Origin: Tilletiaria anomala UBC 951
Lineage: Eukaryota
Reading direction: 5' to 3'
Length of the DNA stretch: 64,000 nt
Assembly: GCF_000711695.1 (NCBI RefSeq)
Contig: NW_013547021.1
Span: forward strand, 372,001-436,000
The translations under genes and the position numbers were made by a program. Below are positions 46,048 to 57,725 of this stretch, piece after piece. Position 1 is the stretch's first letter, and each line of letters begins with the position of its first letter. A model generated the notes under the pieces. That model made no database searches and was not told where the DNA came from. It worked only from the letters and a program-made list of their open reading frames with translations.

Positions 46048-48479
46048 GGTTGCTTGGTCACCTTCAATCGGAGCTTGGGCTGTTGGTTTTGGATATCGGG
46101 CTCCCGAATCGGTTGCGCCGTGGAGATGAATCAAAAGGAGCGTGTGTTATCGTCGACGGACGGACTGGGATAAGAGAAAACAATGCTGCAGGAGTAGAAA
46201 GTCTAAGACGGGATGAAGAAACATGGACAAGTGAATTAGGGAGCCAGACGTCACACAGCTTATTTATACGCCAGCAGCCACGACTTCTATCATCTTCGAC
46301 TTTAGTCTTTGCGGAAATCATGTTGTGAGCGTGTCAGCCGAGCAGTGAGCGAGCACAAGCTGCTGAGCGCTGAACTCTGCAAGTCGGATGCTCTCTGAGA
46401 GGCTCAGTGAGAGATGATCGCGTGAGTGAACAAACATACCCAGCCGGCAAGGGCTTCTTGCCGTGGATTGCGCTTGTCTCAGATAGACAACAAGCAGAAG
46501 GCTCAAGCGCTCATTCTTGCTCTGAACAGGCCGAGCTGCTCAGCAAAGGCAATGGCACAACTCCGCGCATCCGAAAGGCTGGATGTATGAGGAGCGGTGG
46601 GCTTGACAGAGTGGCCTACAGTGCCCAGCGACCCGCCAATGGAATGTTCGAATCGGCACGGTTGGACGGTCCGTCTCAGACGGGCTTTCGATCGCATGTT
46701 TCTTGCGGAAGGCAGCATCTTGGTCGCACAGATTGACCAGCCGCAAGTCTAGAGTCTGGTGATTTGAAATGGTACGAGCCTAAGCGACCATCGGCTATCA
46801 TGGGCAGTGGGCATGCCAATGCCAACTACTCCAAAGTCCAGGCGGCATTTTGCACATCATTTGATCGTAGCCAAGGGACATCCCGAACATGCCTCGTGCA
46901 TTGTCCGGTGTCGTCTCCCATCCTCTCTCATGAAGTCTCGGCGCGAAGAGCCAGCAATGTATCAGGCGATTGGCCAGTGCCCGCCTGTGCCAGGCGAGTG
47001 GTGACGCAACACTCCAATTGTGGCCATAGCCGGGGCAGTCTGCAGATAGCAATGCCTTCTGCCTGCGTCAGGCCGCGTCACATGCTTGCAAGGAGGCTGC
47101 CTCGCATGGGACTCTAAGACAATTGGGAATCGAAGCTCCACTGGGCACTGGCGCTCTGCATCCCGCACATTGTGCCCAGCGGATGCGGGCAAGCAGACTA
47201 GAGTGCTGAAGCCTGGAATCAGGGGAAGTACTGACTGCGACGAGAACAACGCTGCTTGATGTCAGTCGGCTCGCCTCCTTGCGTGCAGGCACGCCTTGGT
47301 GTCACGCACAAGCGACAACCTGGGCCCTGGCCACGCAACCGTCACGTTTCCGCACTCGGTCTTTGATTGAAATCACGTGACCTAATTTACATCTATACGG
47401 GCGCCCTCTCGGCCTTTCCAAACTCCAACCCCTTGTGAGAAATACAGTTCTCAAGCAGGTGGCGGCCACACAGCATTGGTTCGCACACTCGTCATGCGAT
47501 CGTTGTCGTCAAACGCCAGCTCGCGCGCTCACGATCTACGATGGCTGTTTCCGTCAGGCCCATCAACAGAGCGTCAGCTGCCACAGCTAATTTGAAATCC
47601 TCTCATTTTATTTATCTTGTCATTGGTCAGCCCCCCCCTAACAGATTCAGCGGCAGCCACCAGGTTTCCTCCATCTTGACCATGTATGATCGATGATTAT
47701 TGCACGGGCAGCAGCACACGGGCGTCAAGACGCCAGCAGCCAGCATTCTGTCAAGCGCGACTGATCAGCAGTCGGACTGGCCCTGAACGAGTAAAATGAA
47801 GGGGTTTTCAACTAATATACCTTCATCGTCACCATGATTTACTAAAGAGGGCGAGCTGACATGATTCGGCTCATTTCTGAATACCTGGATGAGTATGTAC
47901 TCGCCAATTTGTTATTGAATGCATGGCTGAATTGATGAAATCAAATAGTAGTGGCTAGTTGATCGCCGACGCTTTGGCATTGGTGTGGAAGCTTTTGACG
48001 CCTTCGTAGGAGTGGGATGGTGAGCGATTCGTATTGACTATTGGTTCCCTCACACCCTGCCTATGACAAACTTAAGTTTCGCCAGCACACCACTCGAAGG
48101 CACCTCTCATACGTGTTAATTCGGCCGCAGCAGAACAAGCAGATGGTATATTCGAACTCATCTGACGCTACCTTTCCTTACTCACTGGAGGTTTGTCAGA
48201 ATGATAGAAGCACCCTGATGCGTTTGACGCTGCTGGTAAGCATTTAATCCAGGCCTTGATTATGACTTGATGTCTCTGCAAGTTAAGAAGGGCAACAGAA
48301 GCTCGTTCGAGGCTCATTACAGCTCGCACATTAGACATGCCAGCATATCGAGCCGGCTCTGGATGCGACTCACCCTTCGATGCGGATCCTGGAATTTCTG
48401 ACAAAAGAGTACTACTCATCTTGTAGAATGGGGCGCATGTATGCCGCTTCGTAGACTGAAGCATTTGCGTCAAGGCAAG

Positions 48480-50833
48480 ACGTTACCCTTCGTCAAAGTC
48501 GCTAAATCTCCTTCGATGGTCTATCGTCCTGGATCGTCTCTCCAAAGCACCCAAAGCTAATACCAACGCTGCACTTGCACTCATACCCTGCTTTGTACTA
48601 TAAAAGGTACTACGTGCTGTCCATCGTAGGGCGTCTACTCGCTGCTAGCGATAAGGATCGAGCTGTGTGATGAAGTCTGCTGAAGGAACATCCACCCTGC
48701 CTTACTATGTCATTCTAGGACCCTTTGCAGCGGCAGTCCTGCCACGCGCAGTTTGGCGCTGAGCCAGATGGACGCTACGGCCGCTGCTGATGTGAAGAAG
48801 AGATTCGGCTTTCGGCCGCGCTTGCATATCGTACACTATCGAGGCTCATCTTTGAGGACCCAACGTGTGCAACCTTAGGAGACGTCAAATGGACTCGTCA
48901 GCATCCGTGTACCGAGCTGGATCCCTTTACTACTCATTCTGACCGTTCCCATCGTCCAAATTCATTGCTTCTTTGCATTTTCCACCATCCTGGCGGTCGA
49001 GTACAGCACTGTGTGCGCACCGTATCCCTCCGCCACAGCTTGAAACAGAGACTGATCATGATGTCATTGTGCTCGTAGCTTACATAGCAACGGCAGCCGT
49101 TGCTCTCAACTCTTTCCCTACTTCTTCGACTGCCCATCGGTGCTGACGTTGGATCAGTCGCCAATCGTCATCATCGTCGCGGGGCGCAACTCTGCCATCG
49201 CGTTGTTAAGCGGCATGTCATACAATACACAATTTCTGTTCTATCTGTAGTAGGCCGCGCGCATCTTGGTCGCCCTCGTCTTGTCGCGCGTGATTGGATA
49301 CACCATCGTCTATGCTCGCAAAGGGACGTACGGTCACATCATTGCCGAGTCGTATGCGCGTTGAGGGTATTGCTACCGTTGCGATGCTTGCAAACTTGTG
49401 ATTCTCACTGACACTCTTCCACAGCTTGTCCTATGAGGTGAGCAACCGGACGCCAAGCGATGAACCGTCTCGCTGTTTCTGGCCATTGTTGATGCTATGC
49501 TTGTGGCAGGTATCCTTGGTGCTGCATATCCTCGTCATTGTCATGGCCATCGTGTCGATGTAGAAGCACCTCAGCAAACTGTGACACCCGCAAGCCTACA
49601 CCTTGGCTGCAGTCGCATTCTGGTCTTCGAATGCGCGCTCCCTTTTGCTCGTGTCTCTTTCCTTCATCTCGGCTTTGGCAGTGGCGGCAATAACTGGATA
49701 ACCAAGAGTCGGCCTCGGGTGCTGTTGGACGGCACGCTGTACATTCGCGTTTCCCTGCTGATGGGAGCGCAAAGACTCTGCTTGCTGCGAAGCCTGGTCA
49801 GCACGTTAACACAAACTGCCCGAGCGTATTGCCTCTGTCAACGTATCCGTAGAACTTCATTACGAATGGTTTCGATGAGCAGCAAGGCAGGGCGTACCTC
49901 GGACTGCGTGTTCAACGGTGCAAAGGATTCACTAGACATCTGGCCAAGAAGATCCAAGCCTCTGCTAGCAATAATCACGAATGCGAAGCTTTCTTGGAAG
50001 GGTCGGAGGGTCAAGCGCTGAATGTTGATGGATACCAGAGCATCCTCCTCTCGCGGAGGAGTTTGGCATAACACACGGCCTCTCGGTTCTCCTGCACGCT
50101 CTGCACACCAATGCTCATCGGGGGTCTCGTCGCCAATTAAAGACGGCAAGCGGAAAAAGAACAAGGCAGTCTGCGCCGCATGCTCATTTTGGTATGGGCC
50201 TAAAAGAACCAGCAACCTTTCAGCATTGCCTTCCCGTACTTGCTCGCAGCCCAACTTGTGCTGAATAACGTACCCACCTCTCGCGAGCTCACTACCCAAT
50301 GCTTCGTTAGCCAGGCGTCACGAAGGCCTGCTGACTTGAGCAGACCACCCGACAGTCCTGCACCGTCGCAAGTGTCGCCTACTCCTTCTAGCGCAGAAAA
50401 GAGCTGCGTTTCAGCCGCTTCCATTGCCTCGTCATCGCAGGAGTCATAACCAACGCTCCAGACTGCGGCTGCGACGGCGACCAAGACGATCTCGCCGCTG
50501 TCAAAGGCGAAGATTTCCACGCTGGCGGATGACATGCTTACTCGTCTTGCTGATAGTCAGGAATCCTTGCCGAAAGGCATCGCAAGGCTGCGAGCAAGTA
50601 TGACACTCGATTTTAGTTGTGGCAGACCGGGCCTGCACGCTGAGCTTGACCAAGCTGTTGAAGTGCAGCGTCCGCAGAAGCAGCAGCACGGTCAGGACAG
50701 CGGTGCCGCTCGACGGACCGCTGCCGTCTCGTGTGGACCCGACTGCTTTAGCGATGCTGGGCACAAATGCATCAGTCGGATGAGGACGTCAGGTGTAGAC
50801 TTGGATTTCAAGGAGGAATACTTCGCTTGGTGA
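48480..50833 (+). pseudogene. Ferric reductase pseudogene, tandem paralog of the downstream gene
   Basis: Colinear remnants YYVLSIVG, YVILGPF, YAR*G (vs YVRWG), SYE/VFL, DGTLYIRV, VEGPEG, GGVGITH, AVSCGP..FKEEYFAW*; multiple stops and frameshifts; 5' boundary approximate. Confidence 0.85.
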
Positions 50834-51151
50834 GAGCATTCTAGCAGCATGTACGATAAACGCGTATTTGGTAGATCTCCTAAAGTATAGATGTTCAAAC
50901 CAAACAGCGCTGAAACAGGCAGGCAGTTCTGCAAATGAGGGCACGGGCTACGGATCTGATGTGCCGATGTGCTAATGCGGTGATGTGCTGATGTGCTGGT
51001 TGGTGATGGAACTCAATTGATCTCCTTTGGAAGACCCTACAATTTGAAGAGGAGTCCCATTTCTGACGCTCCACGTCGGCGGTTGGGCCCTAAGCCGACA
51101 ACTCAACTTCCAAGGATCGTCTGCAGTCCAGCAAGATGTCTCACTGAATCG

Positions 51152-51160
51152 ATCTGATAA
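51152..51160 (+). promoter_or_regulatory. Candidate iron-responsive GATA repressor site (ATCTGATAA; SreA/Urbs1/Fep1-type consensus ATCWGATAA)
   Basis: Exact consensus match ~900 bp upstream of the ferric reductase ATG. Confidence 0.5.
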
Positions 51161-52059
51161 GGAGTGGATCCTGTTGCAGCTGGACACGACTTCGCTCACG
51201 GTATCAACAATCGATCATTCAGGCACCAGTCTCCTCCCAAGTGCAGGTTCAACTGCGTCTTGAGACTTGGATGGATCAGGGTGGACTGCGCTTCCGGGTC
51301 CTGCAGCCACGCTGGCACGACAATCTAAAATGGTTCTAGCACGCAATACATTTCAATCAGGCACTATTATCCATCGCCTCATCACTTTCCATCTCAGGAA
51401 TACAAGATCCAATCAATCCAGCCCGCAATCTCCGCACATGCCTGGTGAGGTATATCGCTGCATAGGCGCTATCGATCTAGGTATCGATCACCGGAGTCAC
51501 GCGTATGTTCTGATATCTGTGGCATGAGAGGCATGCAGCTGGCCGTGTCCGAATATGCCCTGCTGCATGTGTAATTTGGTGCAATCGTTCGCTCAAGCGT
51601 CAGTATGTGTTAATGACCACTGTGGATTGACTGCTGACGTGCTAGATGGCAGAACTTCTTATCGCTTCTAGCAATTGGCCGCATATTCATCAATGGGGAG
51701 TCCAGGCCGGAGCTACAGACGATCGTCATCGCATCCGATTACAAACCGGGATTACCTCGATAGCTCGTCGAGAAGTCTGTGCGAAATGCACCATATTTCA
51801 AGGAGCAGGGGCAGAAGAACCATCATTAACAGCCTATCTACAAGCTGGAATGGCTTTTGCCAATCTTTTGCAGAATATTCATGACCCATGGCTTTGAAAG
51901 GATGATCTAACGAGAGCGTACTATATAGCGAGCGCTTCTCTTTGGGGTTCCCATCGAGTATCTTCCAACATCACGTTTCTCCAATTGCTAACGGGTTGGT
52001 TCTCAAGGACTGGAGTGTTTGAGCAGGGGATCCGACAGCACCGAGCCGTCCCTTCCGCA

Positions 52060-54371
52060 ATGGGCCACCATCCTTGGACGATAGGTGCTGATTCTTTAGC
52101 GGCAATCAACAGAAAGCCAGCAGCAGTAAGAGCTGATGCGCTGCTATCATTGACGATCTCATATCACAACAGATACCTGGTTCCTTCTATCGTCGGGTGC
52201 GTTCGGCAATGTAAAGCGTACATGCAAAGGATCATACTCATGTTCCTCCACATCCCGACGTCTACCCGTTTCATGTCTCGCTTTGCCTCGCTCGACCGCT
52301 GTCAGCTATGTAATTCTGGGCACCTTTACGTTCCTTGTACTCGCAAGTGCAGCATTCCACTTCATGCGCTCGCTGCTTGGGAATCGGAACATGCTATCTA
52401 CAAGATGCGATACGGCATTAGGAAGAAGCGTTCGAAATAGCATCATCGAAGCTCCGCTCTTCGGAACCCGTCGAGCAGCACCGTACTCCGCTTGTGCGGG
52501 CATTTTCAACTTCAGGGTCCCAGGTCGAGCTCACACCATCCTCATACTCGCCGCACTGCTCGCCAACGTATTGGGGCTTTTCTCCTTCTACACGTATGTA
52601 CCAGCTCATGCGGCCGCAACGTGGGTGTCTGGCAAACAGTCGTGGTTCTTTAGCAACAGTCCTTCCACGCTGACACTGCATCACGCTTGTGGCTAATATG
52701 ATTCAGTGTCGGCGACCCATGGCGCCAAGCGGTGAGGTTTTTCGCTGACCGTGCAGCATGTCTGGCAGTGGCTCAGCTTCCCATCGTCTTCCTGCTGGCT
52801 GGACGCAATTCACCCGTGGCTATCTTGAGCGGCATCTCATTCAACACGCAGATGTTGTATCACCGTTGGTTCGCCCGAATCGTCCTCTTCCAGGCGTTCG
52901 CGCACGCAGCCAGCTACACAATCCGCCATGCGCCTGGCCAGTTGAATGACTATTCTGATTTCATGGCCAAGGCGTACGTGCGATGGGGCGCGACAGCTCT
53001 CACCATGCTTGCGGCTTTGTGCTTCTTCTCGTTTACCCTCTTCCGCAAGCATTCGTACGAGGTGAGCGCTCCACGTTGCGGGATAGGTACGTTGTGAATA
53101 GGACCTCAACTAGTAATGGCCCTCGCCTCCTTCAGGTCTTTCTCGTCACCCACATCGTCTTTGTCGTGCTGACTTTAGTGGGCATCCACAAACACTTGCA
53201 AGGGGCGGGTGTCTCCCCGCTCTCCGATTTTTTTGTTATCCTCTTCTTCTCTATTGCATGCTGGCTCTTCGACAGAGGTGTCCGCACTGTCCGTCTCGTC
53301 TTCCTCAACATCGCCTTCATCGCGAGTAAGGACGGCGGCCACTTCACGCGGATGCGAGCCACAGCACTCCCAGACGGGACGCTGCACATCCGCGTCTTCC
53401 TTCCCGGCCGGGCGACAAGCGCATCGGCCATATTCTCCGCTCAGCCAGGACAGCACGTTTTCTTCGCTTGCCCTAGCATCCAAGCACTAGCTCTACATCC
53501 TTTCACTGTCATGGCGCGCGGCGTTGACCCACAGCGAGTGCAGGCATACATCGACCTCGGCGTACAACCTATGAACGGCTTCACGCGCCGCCTTGCAGCG
53601 CGGGTTCAGCGGTCGTCTGAGCACATCTTGGAATGCACGGCACTCGTAGAGGGCCCGTACGGGCGTGTGCCTTGCCTGCAGGATTATGCGAATATTGTGC
53701 TGTTCGCTGGCGGGATTGGTATTACGCACTGCTTGGCTGCGCTGTCACAAGCTCTACACGCTGCTAACTCAGCAATCGTCGACAGCGAAAAGGGACCAGT
53801 GCATGGCAGACGCATCACGCTCGTATGGGCGCACAAGGAACGCACAACGTTTAACATCGCTGTGCCGTACCTCCATGACGCTGCAACTCTTTTGAGAGAT
53901 AATCCCGATGCACCACATATCACCGTGCATGCGTTTGCCACCCGCTCGCCTATGCAGAAGACCACTTCCGACCCAATATCTCCATCCTCATCATCCCCCT
54001 CATCCGTGTCGCTTGATGCTGCAGCTTGCAAGGATCTTAGCAAGCTGCTGGTCGGCTCACCGATCTCGGAAGCGTACGCCCTCAATAAAATGGATTGCTC
54101 CTCCACTACTGCTTTTGACACACACATGCTGTCGTTGGAGGATGTACTCGACGTCAAGTTCCATTCGGGCCGACCGGTCCTCATTCGAGAGCTGGAGTGC
54201 GCGATCGAGCAAGACTCTGCTTCGCTGCTCGGTCCTGCAGAGCCAACACGCACGGCCGTCGTCTGCTGCGGCGCAGCCGCGTTTGCTGACATGGTGCGTG
54301 ACAGCGTACGGAAGACGCGTTCGGCAAAAGGTATTAGCATTGATTACTTCGAGGAGGCATTCGCATGGTGA
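52060..54371 (+). CDS. Ferric/cupric reductase transmembrane component (FRE family); 4 exons, apparently intact
   Basis: MGHHPW..RYLVPSIVG/YVILGTF; FADRAA..LAGRNSP..MLYHRWFARI..AH (heme His), SYE/VFLVTH, PGQHVF, HPFT (FAD), VEGPYG, FAGGIGIT (NADPH), CCG, FEEAFAW*. Confidence 0.93.
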
Positions 54372-54475
54372 TGTACGGCTCGTCTATACAAACGCTTGAA
54401 GCAGGGAACGATGATGAGATAACTACTTGTAGCATAATCAAACGGCGCATCTCTCGCAGGTATCCTCATCCGATT

Positions 54476-55576
54476 TCAATTCCAATCTGCTCCTAATGCT
54501 TCTTTCAATCTGCCCCCGCACTGTTTCCCCTTCAACCATCCCTCAACCAGCTTCCAGTCGTTTCGGTGCTTGTATGTTCCCCTGAGCGCCTCCCGGCCGC
54601 CGATCTCGTCACTGCCTGTTGTATCTGTCATGTTTGAAAACACACGTGGAACAGCCCGCTCCACCAACGTCTCGGACACCTTTTTATGCCCGGAAGGAAT
54701 GTCAGACCAGGACTGAACCTTGATCGAGGACCAGTAGGCTAGGATATTGCTTTGAGCCGCCAGTAGCTGGGCTTCCTTTCCCTCCGTCAAAAGGTTCAGC
54801 TCGTCCGTCAGCGGGTGCTCGAGAACGACGAGCGCCGGCTTTCCGGCGAGGACAAAGCCAGTCAATGGCGGCCTGTTGAGCTTGGCGTAGTCGACCAGGT
54901 CTTGTCGCTTCTCCTTGGTCGACAGTGACGGTAAACATGACCACGAGCGATACACGAGCTTGCTTAGCGATGCATGCCCATTCTCGGATGCGACCCCACA
55001 TTGTGTTTCTGTTTCCAGATCGTTCGCCATGATGGTGGCGGCGGCTTCTGATATTCGCTCGACAGTCTCAAGGACGTACGAACCTCCGTCGATATCCATT
55101 TTTCCAACTCCATGCTTCGCGCCTTCATTTATCCCCGCCTCTTTGCATATCCGCATGTGGTCAACAGCGTTGAGCCACTCAGATCTCCTGAGTCTCAAGC
55201 GAGGACAAATGGCTTCGCTCTCGGCTTGCCCAGGTGCTAGTTTGCGAAGAAGGAGTGTGACTTCGAGCTTGAGTTTTCGCGCTTTCCGTGCATGTCTGCT
55301 CCGGTCGCCCTCCGAGCCAGCGAGTGGGTCGATAGATAGCGTAAAATTAAGATCATTCGGCACGGCGTCTTTGGCATTGATGCATTCCTCGTCGCCGAGC
55401 GTTGACAGGGGAAGAGCGAGGTATCTAGCCAGCGCTTCGATACCTTCTGAGGTTGATGAAGGTATCGAGAGCTCATCGTTGCCTGCCCACATGGCAGCCA
55501 GAACTTCGAGCGTGGACAGTTGTGACTCCAGAGCCTCCGGGCTAAAGATCGCGCCTTTTGATTTCTGATGCGCCAT
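54476..55576 (-). CDS. RWDD2-like / DUF1115 protein (intronless)
   Basis: ESQLSTLEVLAAMW (RWD-like start), RSWSCLPSLSTKEKRQDLVDYA, LTGFVLAGKPALVVLE, IKVQSWSDIPSGHKKVSE. Confidence 0.75.
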   Translation of the reverse strand: MAHQKSKGAIFSPEALESQLSTLEVLAAMWAGNDELSIPSSTSEGIEALARYLALPLSTLGDEECINAKDAVPNDLNFTLSIDPLAGSEGDRSRHARKARKLKLEVTLLLRKLAPGQAESEAICPRLRLRRSEWLNAVDHMRICKEAGINEGAKHGVGKMDIDGGSYVLETVERISEAAATIMANDLETETQCGVASENGHASLSKLVYRSWSCLPSLSTKEKRQDLVDYAKLNRPPLTGFVLAGKPALVVLEHPLTDELNLLTEGKEAQLLAAQSNILAYWSSIKVQSWSDIPSGHKKVSETLVERAVPRVFSNMTDTTGSDEIGGREALRGTYKHRNDWKLVEGWLKGKQCGGRLKEALGADWN

Positions 55577-56151
55577 GGCTGGTAAGCGGCGAACGTTCAC
55601 AGTTGAAGAATGGAAGCCCAGTCCGAATCGCTTCCGCGATGTGCAAGCGCACCTCTTATAGGAATAGAGAAATCCGCAAACCTCTACCATCTGAGAATCT
55701 GAGAGACAGAGAGAGTTTCGCCCTTGGAGAACACACTCACAGTCTCGGCGAGGGCCCGATGGCAACAGCCAAACCTATATAGTGCGTGAAGCAACAGCCC
55801 TCAGCGAGTGGCGAGGGATTAGGGTTGTTGACTACAATAACTGGTGCCGTTCTATTGCACCGCTCCAACCATCCATATCTTCAGATCGGTGGGTGGACTG
55901 CTTAACGCTGCATGTTGCGTAACTACTGGAGTTGCACCGATTCAACCGCCCCACAACTAGTCTCTTCTCTTGGTCCCGCGTCGAGTCTCTGAGTCCCTTA
56001 TCGCGTCACCCCTTAGATGAGATCGCTCCACCTTTTGCGTTGTGACTCATCCGACGTCTGTGATGTGAGGTATGGCACCTAGCATCTGACAAAGGTTCAA
56101 AGACGTAGGGTAGGCGCGTCAGTCCCAAAGCTGTCAGATTAGAGGCCTGCC

Positions 56152-57725
56152 ATGACCAAAGCACACACTGTTATCCTGGGGGGTGGTGAGTTCCAGAATG
56201 TCCGCTGGTTTGTGAGACGAGGACAAGGGTTGACAGCTGTGCTTTTCGAGCAAAGGTGTGATCGGCCTAAGCGCAGGCATCACTTTCCTTGAGCGTACAT
56301 CTGCAGACACATTTCAAGTCACGCTTGTCAGCAAAGATCTCCCTCCGCGGCTCTCGAAGCATACCACGTCTAATGACAAGGCGGCGGGCGAGATCGAGCG
56401 GCAGTCATCCGAGTATGCGTCCGCATGGGCTGGCGCACACCACGTCAGTGCCGCTAATAGCGAGCGGGAACTACGATGGGACAAGCTAACATTCGAAAAG
56501 ATGAAAACACTGCAATGCGAACGGCCCTGGGACTCGTGGTGGCCTGAAGATAGCATCGCGCAACCCCTCGCGTGGGTGAACCAGGTGGAGACCTTCCATT
56601 CTTCAAAGCCAGAGGAATGGATAAAACCGCTGGAATGGTATCCTGATGTGAGCCAGCGTTAGTCCCCTCCGCTTGGACGCATCTGATGACATGTCATGCT
56701 CTCTCTCTCCCTCACACAGTTCGAAGTCTTGCCACAAGAACGTCTCCCTCGAAACACAGCCAGCGGCTGCAGGTTTTCCACACTCGACATCAACGTGCCT
56801 CTCTACCTCCCATGGCTACGCGCACGGTTTGAAGAGCTCGGAGGCGTGATAATACAACGCTCCGTCGACTCTGTCGCCGAGTGCATCCAATTCGCAGAGG
56901 CAGATGCGGGTATGCCTGTGACAGCTGTGGTCGTATGCCCAGGGCTCGGCGCTAGAAAGCTTTTGGACGTGCGTGACCACAGCATGTATCCCCTGCGGGG
57001 GCAAGTCGCGCGTGTGCATGCGCCCTCTTGCGACTCGAGCATTGTCCGCACTTGGTCAAGCAGAAAGGGGGAAGAGCAGCATCGCTATACTGGTTACAGT
57101 CGCTGTAATCAGGAGGGGTGGAGAGATTGCTACATCATCCCAATGGGCGATGGTACCTTTGTCGTCGGTGGAACCAGAATCCCTAATGACTGGTGTGTAA
57201 CGGAGCCTTGTCCGCGTTGTAGGCCCCGCGGCCAGGACTAAGTCGCGGCTGACACCCGCTGACACGCACACATTGCATACCGAAATTTCTGTTTCAGGAG
57301 TTCGGACGTTCGCCCTGAAACGACGAAGAAGATTCTAGAGCAAGTACTGCAGGTCTTTCCGGAGCTGGCAAACGTAGGTGGGGTGCCGCTCCCTGAGAAC
57401 GTCAAGGTGAACTCAGTCGGCGTTGGCCTGCGCCCCGCGCGCAAAGCAGGTGCTCGGCTGGAGGAGGGTCCTGCGCTGACCTGGGAAGCTCCAAAGGGTA
57501 CGAAGAAGACGTGCCGAGTCATTTATGCTTACGGGTACGTCCAAGTCGAAAGGAAGCGTGGTATTCGACGGTGACGTGAACTGACGCACGATCCGTGACG
57601 GCATCGACAGCTTCGGAGGCTTTGGTTACCAGGCATCGTGGGGTATTGCGGATGATGTGTGGGAAATATATGCTCGCCCCTCGCTTCGTTCCCCAGCGCG
57701 CGAGCCTCGGCTAAATCGAATGTAA
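56152..57725 (+). CDS. D-amino-acid (or D-aspartate) oxidase; 5 exons
   Basis: VILGGG/VIGLS, YASAWAGAH, INVPLYLPWL, GLGARKL..D..MYPLRGQ, YIIP..VVGG, VGLRPARK, IYAYG/FGGFGYQASWG; ends LNRM*. Confidence 0.92.

Noticed and set aside
47371..47381. ATCACGTGAC E-box palindrome between the chitin deacetylase and FRE pseudogene
   Set aside because: Single short motif with no assignable target or factor
48597..48608. TATAAAAG as a TATA box for the FRE pseudogene
   Set aside because: It aligns as decayed coding sequence (YYKRYYVLSIVG vs YHNRYLVPSIVG in the intact paralog)
10873..54371. HEM4, SOD2, Fmp46-like and FRE as an iron/redox gene cluster
   Set aside because: They are scattered over >40 kb among unrelated housekeeping genes; no shared motif seen
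55815..55830. TTAGGGTT telomere-like/telomerase-template-like word (also CTAACCC at ~59096)
   Set aside because: Too short, isolated, expected by chance; no supporting structure
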